DNA from: Myxococcota bacterium
GTDB taxonomy: Bacteria; Myxococcota_A; SURF-8
Length of the DNA stretch: 64,000 nt
Reading direction: 5' to 3'
Assembly: GCA_963674735.2 (NCBI GenBank)
Contig: CAXXQS010000001.1
Coordinates: forward strand, 544,001 to 608,000
The translations under genes were made by a program, and so were the position numbers. Position 1 is the stretch's first letter; each line of letters begins with the position of its first letter. The notes under the pieces are model-generated. The model was given only the letters and a program-made list of their open reading frames with translations. It did not search any database and was not told the origin of the DNA. Positions 32,004-40,248 of the stretch are shown piece after piece.

Positions 32004-32600
32004 ATGGCTACTACAGAGAATATCCGAAGCCGGGCAAGACAGCTAAAACAAGGCCAACCCTACACCGTTAAGGACTTCCTTAAATTTGGAAGCCGGGCGG
32101 CAGTTGACCAGGCTCTCACCCGTCTGGTTCGGGAAGGACTCCTATCAAGACCTGTCCGTGGCGTCTACGTCCGACCCAAAATGAACCCCTATACAGGTGA
32201 GGTTCCCCCGGAGCCCATCGAAATAGCCAAGGCAATGGCAAAGGAGGCGGGAGCCGAGATTCAAGTTCACGGGGCCGAAGCAGCCCGACAAATGGGATTC
32301 ACTACTCAGGTGTCGGTTCGGAATGTCTTCTACACCACGGGGCCCAGCCGCACGTTTCATCTTGGGAATTTGGAGGTGACTCTGAAGAAGGTGAGTCCCC
32401 GAAAACTGGCTTTGTCTGGGAAACCTGGTATTGCATTGAATGCTCTATGGTATCTCGGCAAGTCGGGTGTTAACGTCGAAGCTATCGAAAAAGTTAAGTC
32501 CAGCCTGAGTCCGGCAGAGTTCGAGAAACTGAAGTCAGCTTCCATGCCTGGGTGGATGCATGATGCTTTCATCGAATATGAAGAAGGTGAAAGGGAATGA
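32004..32600 (+). CDS. Type IV TA antitoxin, AbiEi/DUF6088-like
   Basis: KDFLKFGSRAAVDQALTRL..RGVY.RP, VHGAEAA..G.TTQV, YTTGPSR. Confidence 0.88.
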   Translation: MATTENIRSRARQLKQGQPYTVKDFLKFGSRAAVDQALTRLVREGLLSRPVRGVYVRPKMNPYTGEVPPEPIEIAKAMAKEAGAEIQVHGAEAARQMGFTTQVSVRNVFYTTGPSRTFHLGNLEVTLKKVSPRKLALSGKPGIALNALWYLGKSGVNVEAIEKVKSSLSPAEFEKLKSASMPGWMHDAFIEYEEGERE

Positions 32601-32661
32601 CTGAATTCCTGAAACTTCCACTCAAAGATCAGACGGAAAAATTGTAAAATATTTATTTGAC
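32597..32661 (+). pseudogene. Probable 5' stub of the cognate AbiEii toxin
   Basis: ATGA overlap gives MTEFLKLPLKDQTE..., ending after about 20 codons. Confidence 0.5.
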
Positions 32662-32813
32662 ATGCAATGACTTGTATGAGACATTTTGGGTGTAATTGTT
32701 CTTTAGAGAATTGGTGTTCGTTGCATGTCGATTATCATCGACGCTTCCGATTCGTGAGCAACTCACGAAATCTTAAGACACCGAGTTTAGTTTCATTAAG
32801 ATAACGTACCTAC

Positions 32814-34604
32814 ATGATAGGATGTGCCATGAGTGATTTCAATGTAGTTGAGCCAGATGAATTAGCTAAATCCCCGCTGTCTTTTCAGTTGGAGGGTTTT
32901 GGTCTGTCTGCTATTGATGCCGAATTTTTAACACGGATTATAGTGCATGGCGGATTTATATGTTGTGAAGATGATTCTACCCCCCTTTATAGTCCAATAA
33001 TGATGGAATATGATGAGTTTGTAGATAGAATCGTTTCGGATTCTCCTGATATAGAAATAGCCGATAGTGATAAGAACACATTACTATTAGATTCGATTAA
33101 GAATCTAGTATCCAAATACTATGAATGCCGTGATGCTATGCTTTTGGCAATTATGGCACATTTGGCCGATACGTACATTGAGAGAAAACTGGGTATCTTT
33201 CCACCAGTTTACAATAGTAACTGGTGGAAGCAGTTTTTAAAGCCATCAGATCCTTTTAAGCCAATTGTTTGGGAAAAAGCACTAAAAGAATATCTTGAAA
33301 TAAGTTCAAACAAAATAACTATTAAGTTTTTTAAGTCACTAATTAGTACGTTACCACGAGACCAAAAGGACTTTTGGTTATCAGCCATAGATTGGTCCCT
33401 GCTTCGAGATAATTCAGTCCCAATTCACGAACGTAAAAAAGATCCCCGATGTTTTGGATTCTGGTTCCATATGGCACGAAGTCTCCGAAAGGTTTTTGAA
33501 AACGAGAAAGTTTGCGACTTTATATTTACGAACCTAGAAAAAGAATCAGAAGAAACAATTGGTGTAGTTGCATTTTCACTTGCCAGTGAAATGGCACAGA
33601 CCATCAGCTTGAATGAACATCTTGCAGATACACCTTGGGATTCAACATGTGTAAACAGAGACAAAAGCATTGTTGATCTGCTGATTAGAAAGCTGGAGAC
33701 ATCAGAATCTGACGAATTGTTAAAAAGGGCTATTGTACGCTTCATGATTCTGGAAGGAAGGTCAAACATAAAAACCAAATTCGGTGTACCCCTAATCTCT
33801 TTATCATTTGGGGAAGATGATCATCTAGATTTGACTGGAGCTGCTGAAAGTGCAGCCCCCCAGGAAACAGACTTTTTGCCCACAGCCAAAAAAGAACTTG
33901 GACAAATAAGACGGTTGCTGAAAATCGATTCTATAGGAGAGTTTGACCCCAGCAATTTGTATGCCCCATTATCATTTTTATTCCGTTTCGATAGTCCAAC
34001 TACAGCTTTGGAATTGCTACTCACGTATTTCAGTGCCTGTGAATATCAAATGGTTGCTGACGATTTACGGTATTGGAAAGAGAGTGGTCGTGACGATCCA
34101 CCCGAGCCCTACCGATGGATTGCAGACAGGATTGCCGAAGTCATTCACTCTTTGAAGGACGAACAAGAGGATGACCCCAGACTGAGAGAAATCCGGACAT
34201 CGTTGGCACTATTCTTTATCAAACGATTGAAAACCAGAAACATGGCAAGTGAAGAAGTTGCAATCACTGATGACAGTTTTGTTGAAAACCGATGGGTGTG
34301 GAGATATTTCTACATTCGAGCTTTACGTGAATTGAAGATCAATCCTAAAGGCAGTGGCCATAAAACACTTCGTTGGGTATCCGATAACGACCCGCATGAA
34401 GAAGTGCGTGCAGAAGCAAAGAAAGCCTACAAAGAGCTTCGACATCAGGTCAGCCTACCTTCCCAGGCTTCCCCAAGAAAAGCCTTGTTTGCAGCCTTCT
34501 GGTGGCTGAGACAGGCTCATTTAACGACACTTGGAATTAAGATTGATCCTCAAGGGGCACAACGAACCAGAAGTAAGGAGGTGACGTACACTAAACGCTA
34601 CTAG
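32814..34604 (+). CDS. Hypothetical helical protein (596 aa) with HEAT-like C-terminus
   Basis: Long ORF; IRALREL..., NDPHEEVRAEA HEAT-like motif, FWWLRQAH. Confidence 0.8.
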   Translation: MIGCAMSDFNVVEPDELAKSPLSFQLEGFGLSAIDAEFLTRIIVHGGFICCEDDSTPLYSPIMMEYDEFVDRIVSDSPDIEIADSDKNTLLLDSIKNLVSKYYECRDAMLLAIMAHLADTYIERKLGIFPPVYNSNWWKQFLKPSDPFKPIVWEKALKEYLEISSNKITIKFFKSLISTLPRDQKDFWLSAIDWSLLRDNSVPIHERKKDPRCFGFWFHMARSLRKVFENEKVCDFIFTNLEKESEETIGVVAFSLASEMAQTISLNEHLADTPWDSTCVNRDKSIVDLLIRKLETSESDELLKRAIVRFMILEGRSNIKTKFGVPLISLSFGEDDHLDLTGAAESAAPQETDFLPTAKKELGQIRRLLKIDSIGEFDPSNLYAPLSFLFRFDSPTTALELLLTYFSACEYQMVADDLRYWKESGRDDPPEPYRWIADRIAEVIHSLKDEQEDDPRLREIRTSLALFFIKRLKTRNMASEEVAITDDSFVENRWVWRYFYIRALRELKINPKGSGHKTLRWVSDNDPHEEVRAEAKKAYKELRHQVSLPSQASPRKALFAAFWWLRQAHLTTLGIKIDPQGAQRTRSKEVTYTKRY

Positions 34605-34721
34605 TTAAATAATATTATAGAGGTTCACTTTGGGAATTTAAGCATCCCGCCGTTGGCAGCAATGCTGACAGAGTCTCTTCTTACAGTCCGTTATGTAAAC
34701 GAACATTAGGAAGGAAAAACC

Positions 34722-35015
34722 ATGTTATACGAAAACACATTTGTATTGACCCACCATGCCCGGAAACGCCTGCAACAAAGAGGTATCCCGGAAACAGCAA
34801 TATCAGCAATCATTGAATTCGGAACCCGACACCATGCAGGCCAAGGATGTATGGCCTATCATGTAGACCGTCGAGCACTGATGTATGCCAAACACAATGG
34901 CAAGAGAATCGACCAATACAGGAACATTGCCTGCATCATTGCAGAGGGACGAATTGTCGTCACCGTGGAACACGCACCTGACAAGCCGAAGTACTGGAAA
35001 GGGGGTGGAAGATGA
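34722..35015 (+). CDS. DUF4258-like small protein
   Basis: LTHHARKRLQQRGI...IVVTV; overlaps the viperin start (ATGA). Confidence 0.8.
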   Translation: MLYENTFVLTHHARKRLQQRGIPETAISAIIEFGTRHHAGQGCMAYHVDRRALMYAKHNGKRIDQYRNIACIIAEGRIVVTVEHAPDKPKYWKGGGR

Positions 35016-35884
35016 AACAATTACTCCCTCCTTCAGTCAACTGGCATATCTGGGCAATCTGCAATATGTGCTGCAAATTCTGCTTTGCCACTTTCGGTGA
35101 TGTCCGGAAAACATTGAATGGGAAACCATCCTTATCCAGAGCAGAGAATTTGAAGCTGACAAGATTGCTTGGTTCAAACTTCTCCAAGGTTTCACTTGCC
35201 GGGGGCGAAGCCTTGCTTTGCCCATACATTGTGGAAATCTTCACCATTCTTAAACAACAAGGAATAACAACGGCCTTGATTACCAACGGTGCAATGCTGA
35301 TTGACAACCCTTCCCTTCTTGACAAGCTGGCTCCCCATCTCGACTGGATCGGCATCAGTATTGACAGTTTTATCCCATCCGTTCAGGAATCACTGGGCAG
35401 ATCGAGAGCAGGCAATGCATATACACCAGAGCAATATGTCCAGTTATCAAAACGGATAAAGGCATTGGGTATTCGATTGAAAGTCAATACAGTCGTAAAT
35501 GCCCTGAATGTCAATGAAGATATGAGCCATTGGATTTCAAAGATAACCGATGAGCGATGGAAGCTGTTTCAGGTACTGCCTGTTGGTGGCCAGAACGATT
35601 GTAAAATTGACAGCCTGCTAATATCACAAGATGAATTCAGCAACTTTTCCGACAGACACATAAACGCCTTGGGTAGCATTGTGGTGCCAGAAAACAATGA
35701 AGCAATGACAGGCAGCTATGGAATGATCGATCCAGCCGGACGTTTCTTTGACAACGCAACAGGGAAACACAGATATTCTAAACCCATTCTTGATATCGGG
35801 ATAGACAGGGCTTTCCAGCAGGTGACCTTCGACCATGAGTTGTTTAATAGTCGTGGTGGAAAATATGACTGGCAGGGAAAATAA
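35012..35884 (+). CDS. Prokaryotic viperin (radical SAM antiviral enzyme)
   Basis: SVNWH...CNMCCKFCFA, AGGE, WIGISIDS, KVNTVV, RWKLFQVL..GQN, ENNEAMTGSY.MIDP.GRF. Confidence 0.93.
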   Translation: MKQLLPPSVNWHIWAICNMCCKFCFATFGDVRKTLNGKPSLSRAENLKLTRLLGSNFSKVSLAGGEALLCPYIVEIFTILKQQGITTALITNGAMLIDNPSLLDKLAPHLDWIGISIDSFIPSVQESLGRSRAGNAYTPEQYVQLSKRIKALGIRLKVNTVVNALNVNEDMSHWISKITDERWKLFQVLPVGGQNDCKIDSLLISQDEFSNFSDRHINALGSIVVPENNEAMTGSYGMIDPAGRFFDNATGKHRYSKPILDIGIDRAFQQVTFDHELFNSRGGKYDWQGK

Positions 35885-35887
35885 GGT

Positions 35888-35998
35888 ATGACAAGGTTTA
35901 TAGGTTTAACAGGCTTGCTTGACCTTCCAGATAAGTTTTTCGATGTACTTATCGAAAACAATGGGGATTGGGATGATTTGTACAGGCAGTTGTTATAG
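35888..35998 (+). pseudogene. Probable internally deleted nucleotide-kinase remnant
   Basis: MTRFIGLTG... joined to ...DVLIENNGDWDDLYRQLL, which look like the first and last motifs of an NMP/dephospho-CoA kinase fold. Confidence 0.55.
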
Positions 35999-36003
35999 AG
36001 GGG

Positions 36004-36035
36004 CTATGGTGTACCCTGGTGTGGGTACACCATAG
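36004..36035. terminator. 13-bp perfect hairpin after the viperin operon
   Basis: CTATGGTGTACCC-N6-GGGTACACCATAG; there is no U-tract, so function is uncertain. Confidence 0.45.
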
Positions 36036-36047
36036 GCTCCTGGTCGA

Positions 36048-36456
36048 CCAGGACGCGACGTGAACAATCTTCTCTGTCCACTTAGGGGAATGTTGCCCCG
36101 GTTTCTGGTCTATCAAGTCCCCCCTGGTAGGAGGTGACCTGATGAAGAATCAAATCAACAACTCCAATTACCGGGCCCATTACGAGTCCAATCCAAGCAG
36201 AGCAGCCCGACTGCTGGAGGCTTTGGTCAGCAGATTGAAAAATGCGGATGACCCTGATTTAAGCAGGAAGATTTTGACGAATTTGGCCGATGCTCTCGAC
36301 ATTCCAATAACCATTGATGAAGTCAATCAAAAACCCGGCTTGATGGATTTTACTATGGTTTAATCATTCATGAGGGTAGGTACAACAGATACACCCCCAG
36401 GACGCCCAGGACGCGACGTAAACGATTTTCTCTATCCACTTAGGGGAATGTTGCCC
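36048..36456 (+). repeat. Two imperfect direct repeats of about 51 bp flanking a small ORF
   Basis: CCAGGACGCGACGT.AAC.AT.TTCTCT.TCCACTTAGGGGAATGTTGCCC at 36048-36098 and 36406-36456. Confidence 0.9.
36142..36363 (+). CDS. Hypothetical protein (73 aa)
   Basis: Strong RBS AGGAGGT; lies between the direct repeats. Confidence 0.6.
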   Translation: MKNQINNSNYRAHYESNPSRAARLLEALVSRLKNADDPDLSRKILTNLADALDIPITIDEVNQKPGLMDFTMV

Positions 36457-36799
36457 TTCATGGGGCAGAAGGGCTTACAGGGGCGATTTGGGCATTCTGG
36501 CAGAATTGTTTTGTATTGAGGGCGACACATCGTCAGTACATTAGCCGACCTCATATCGAAACTTTCTACGGAAAGCCAGCTAAGAAGATGAAGCCCCAGT
36601 GAATCCTGAAATCACTCGTTTTCAACCGATTTCCCTGCAAGTTTGTCAATATTTGTCAACGGAATCGAGGAAGCCACCCGCCGCGGTTTTCAACCGCCAT
36701 TTACAGGTGAAGGAACTTTCTTGATTAACCACCATCTGCATGGTAGATTTTACCACCATTCAGATAAAGAAAACACAAGTCGAACCAGTGGAGGATATT

Positions 36800-37984
36800 A
36801 TGAAGCCCCTGCACCTTTTCCTTACGATAGTTGTTGCCCTGAGCATGACCATCTCCATTTCAGGTTGCAACGAGGGCGATGACACTGGGGACACCAACGA
36901 CGGTGATAATAGTGAGGTGGACGGTGATGCTACGGACGGAGATTCTATTTTAGAGGATGGTGATAGAAGTACTGTGGATGGTGACAACACAGATGGTGAT
37001 GACACGGATGGGGATATGGCAGATGGAGATACAACCGATGGCAAGTGGGATTTCGGTGATCCTCCGGAAATTGGATCGCCATGCTTAAAGTTTGAGGACA
37101 AGCGTAAACGCTGTCTGAACGACGATCAGATTGCATATTGTGATTGTGAAAGTCCCAGCTATTCTTCCTGCACATGGGAACTTTCTGATTATGCTAGTGA
37201 TAATGAAAACTGGAAATGCTTTGAGGCATTAAACTTTGTAAGAAGGTATCCCACTTGTGACAGCGGGGAAACATGTGAAGATGTCGAAAACTATAATACC
37301 GGCATTTGTATCACCGATGAAGAGAACTTGGATCTTGAAGGAACATGCATTGAAAGGGATGAAGATAGCGTGCCATGTGCTGGCTTTACGGCCGAGGAAC
37401 AAACTTGTTCGTGGATGGAAATGAACACGAGCTCTTCTGAGGCTTGTAGTTACGATGAAAATTGTATCTGTCCTCCCGAAAAACCCACTTCGACACATTG
37501 TTGTAAAAGCAGTGTGACAGAAGTTCAATGTGGTACTTATTGTGATGCCATCGAAGAACTGATTTGGAGTACGTATGTGAGGAACGCCGGTGTTATTGAT
37601 TGCGATCCCGACCAACAAATGTATCCGGGATATGCCACCTTAAACCCTGAAGAAATTTGTTGCGACTCAGGGGATACCTGCCATGTCCAAGGAGGATTGA
37701 AAATTGCAATTGATGATATGGACTGCGGTCCTGAAGGGTGCATGGATGAAATGGAATACCTGCAACAGGAATGTGATGCAAATAGTGGCACAGTATCAGC
37801 AAACAATCCTTTCTCCGATCTCATGTATACTGGCGATTGTTCTCAATTTCAAGTGGCTCATGAAAGCAAACAAGCTAAATTGGAAAGCGTACAAGGAAGT
37901 TTCTGTTGGATAAATGCTGACATCTCAGCTAGTTGTGATTACTACACCTATGCTCTAGGCTGTACAACATGGGCAAACCAGTAG
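36800..37984 (+). CDS. Cys-rich lipoprotein with DGD repeats
   Basis: GGAGG RBS, MKPL...ISISGC lipobox, DGD linker, about 30 Cys. Confidence 0.85.
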   Translation: MKPLHLFLTIVVALSMTISISGCNEGDDTGDTNDGDNSEVDGDATDGDSILEDGDRSTVDGDNTDGDDTDGDMADGDTTDGKWDFGDPPEIGSPCLKFEDKRKRCLNDDQIAYCDCESPSYSSCTWELSDYASDNENWKCFEALNFVRRYPTCDSGETCEDVENYNTGICITDEENLDLEGTCIERDEDSVPCAGFTAEEQTCSWMEMNTSSSEACSYDENCICPPEKPTSTHCCKSSVTEVQCGTYCDAIEELIWSTYVRNAGVIDCDPDQQMYPGYATLNPEEICCDSGDTCHVQGGLKIAIDDMDCGPEGCMDEMEYLQQECDANSGTVSANNPFSDLMYTGDCSQFQVAHESKQAKLESVQGSFCWINADISASCDYYTYALGCTTWANQ

Positions 37985-38282
37985 GTGGCAGTATAAGTAG
38001 ATTGGATAAAGTATTTATCCGACAAAATGCCAGTTGAAGATGCTGGATTGTAGGTTTATCGATCTGCTATAACCTGTCAAATCCCATCCCTCAGCCCCGC
38101 CACAGCCCCGGTCCCTGTTCCAAGGCTTTCCGGTTTGTCTACTGCCAACTTTCCCGAAAATGAATCTTTGTGCACCCCACAAAATACTGCACCCCTAAAA
38201 TCTGCCCCGGAACCCATAAAACACCACAACCATAAACTAGAAAAAGATACCTACAATTTCTTGTAAGTACCTAATTTTATTA

Positions 38283-38312
38283 TGGTGCCGAAAGCGAGAC
38301 TCGAACTCGCAC
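38283..38312 (-). other. Orphan tRNA 3'-end fragment (tRNA-Leu-like att scar)
   Basis: Minus strand GTGCGAGTTCGAGTCTCGCTTTCGGCACCA gives a T-arm, acceptor strand and CCA, with no 5' half. Confidence 0.75.
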
Positions 38313-38507
38313 ATCCGAATCAGACTTGTAATCACATTCATGTGGGCTGGTACAGCGGAGCCGACCCGTAGACGGGAACTGGTTCGGATTGTTCAGGACA
38401 TGGTCGATGATCTGGTTGAGGAAATCAGGGACTGATATACAGAATCCGATAGGACAGCAGGCCGGATGGTCAGAGCTGGTTTAACGTCGGTAAATAGGTT
38501 CTGATCA

Positions 38508-38735
38508 TCATCCCTCATCCGATGGTTCTGCCCCGTTCCTGATGGCATCATCATTCGGAAACAAACGAGCCCAAACATCCATCAAAGCATCCTCCAGATT
38601 CGGTTCCAGCCAGTCCGACTCCCTCATGGTCAAAGGTCTTAGTTCAAGGATCTGGCCGGGTTTCATCCCCGGTTCCCAATTCACGACCACGTGCCATCGG
38701 CCTGCAACTTGAATGAAGGGGAGTATGAGCATCAC
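38508..38735 (-). CDS. Hypothetical protein
   Basis: Overlaps the previous gene by 4 bp in a minus-strand operon. Confidence 0.55.
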   Translation of the reverse strand: MMLILPFIQVAGRWHVVVNWEPGMKPGQILELRPLTMRESDWLEPNLEDALMDVWARLFPNDDAIRNGAEPSDEG

Positions 38736-38956
38736 TCGACCTCCACGTATTGCATCGTCACCTGCAGCAGGTTGTGGAAACTTCCACCTGTAGCCTCCTG
38801 GACGTACCGTTCGACCTGGTCGTGCTGACCTGCATCCTCAAGTGACCGGCAGACCCTTTCGATAATGGCGGAGATTCCGCCAAAATGGCCAATCAACGTC
38901 ACGATGGGTTTTACAACAGGCTCACCGTTTGGTCTTGTCTGGTTCGTTCCTTGCAT
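38732..38956 (-). CDS. Small protein of a type common on mobile elements
   Basis: KP.V.LIG..G....II.RV.R.L..AG......EAT.G....LL...M.YV pattern. Confidence 0.65.
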   Translation of the reverse strand: MQGTNQTRPNGEPVVKPIVTLIGHFGGISAIIERVCRSLEDAGQHDQVERYVQEATGGSFHNLLQVTMQYVEVE

Positions 38957-39004
38957 TTCAATCCCTGAAAGTTTTCCCAGAAATTTGGGCTTTCGTCTTA
39001 GTCA

Positions 39005-39238
39005 TCACCCATTCACCATCGGTTCCGGGGCAGGTAAGATTTCCATCAAATCCGTTCCACCGTCGGAAAGGTTTTTCAGTCCATAGGCAATACCTGTGGC
39101 ATTTTCCAAATCACCACCGGCCAACTTTACTTGGCCGATGGTGACACCGTCGACTTCGGTGATAATTTTTACGAGGTGTTCGGTTTCACTGCCGGGGATG
39201 CCATCCCCGACCTTCACTTGTATGGTAAATACCTTCAT
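39005..39238 (-). CDS. Hypothetical protein
   Basis: 77-aa ORF with RBS, in operon position. Confidence 0.55.
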   Translation of the reverse strand: MKVFTIQVKVGDGIPGSETEHLVKIITEVDGVTIGQVKLAGGDLENATGIAYGLKNLSDGGTDLMEILPAPEPMVNG

Positions 39239-39250
39239 CCTTCAGTCCTT

Positions 39251-39904
39251 TCAGTGGGTTTCGTTGCCGTCTTGAAGAACCGTACCCTCATTTTCCAATT
39301 CCGGGTCATCAAGAATGACACTGAAAGCCCGTCGGCTCAGGCTGACTTGTGTGCCGCTGAAGTCTTCGGGTTTCGTGGTTTCATTCGGGTAATCCATGTG
39401 AATGAAACCCTTATCGGCAAGGTCCAACAGCAGTCGTCTGACCTGCAACCTGTGGGTGATGGTCTTGACATCGAGCATGTTCATCACATCGGAGGTACTG
39501 ACGGAGCCGTAGTAACTCATGGCCAGTTCGCCAACGGAGTATTCAACCATTCCCAGTGCAGTGGATGTCAACGTCAACAGAATCAGCCGAGCATCGGCAT
39601 CCATGTCGGCATCAAGACGGTCCAGACTGAAACCGGATTCATTCTGGGTGTCACGAGTCAGACCCAACCGAACATCGATTTCGGATCGGGTGTACACATC
39701 CAGTTCAAGGAGCTGCTTGGCTCGATGTTCAGCACTGAGGATATTGGCCCGTTGCCTGGATTTCTCGGATTTGCCTTCCAAGATGTCTGAAGTCAGGTCC
39801 TTTACCTGCCGTTCGGAATTCAGCCTGGCTACCCTCAATGGCAAATACCTGCCGAGTTCGTCTTCGAGATATTGGATTGCATTCTCATAGGGTTCGGTTT
39901 TCAT
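39251..39904 (-). CDS. Hypothetical helical/wHTH-like protein
   Basis: 217-aa ORF with RBS AGGAG, downstream of motif copy A. Confidence 0.7.
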   Translation of the reverse strand: MKTEPYENAIQYLEDELGRYLPLRVARLNSERQVKDLTSDILEGKSEKSRQRANILSAEHRAKQLLELDVYTRSEIDVRLGLTRDTQNESGFSLDRLDADMDADARLILLTLTSTALGMVEYSVGELAMSYYGSVSTSDVMNMLDVKTITHRLQVRRLLLDLADKGFIHMDYPNETTKPEDFSGTQVSLSRRAFSVILDDPELENEGTVLQDGNETH

Positions 39905-39968
39905 TTCACTCTCTCCTAATCAGTTGTTTTTTCACCATGCCAGCCGACACATTCGGCTGCTGATTCCT

Positions 39969-40002
39969 CAACAACTGAGAAGTTTGGGAAACTAAGCCAG
40001 AA
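39969..40002 (-). promoter_or_regulatory. Island motif copy A (TTCTGGCTTAG-N10-TTCTCAGTTGTTG)
   Basis: Both blocks are identical in 4 copies; faces ORF 39904. Confidence 0.8.
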
Positions 40003-40248
40003 GGGGTCGATTTTTCTGTTGTTTTTCGATATTTGTTACTACGAGACCTCTTGGTTACGCCATAACCTGTGGATTTTTCACAAGTATTTCTTTGACCTGA
40101 AGTCTCAAAAAAGTTATGTTATCAAAACTTTAAATGGACGAATTTCAATACGGATGGACCCGGATTGACCTTAGCACCCTGAACCACCCAACAGAGTTCC
40201 TACCGGGAAACCGAATCTCGAATTCAGAATTGTGGAAGGAACTCTACG

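Noticed and set aside
36048-36456. CRISPR array
   Set aside because: Only two repeats, 358 bp apart, and no cas genes.
38283-38312. Complete tRNA gene
   Set aside because: Only the T-arm and acceptor 3' strand are present.
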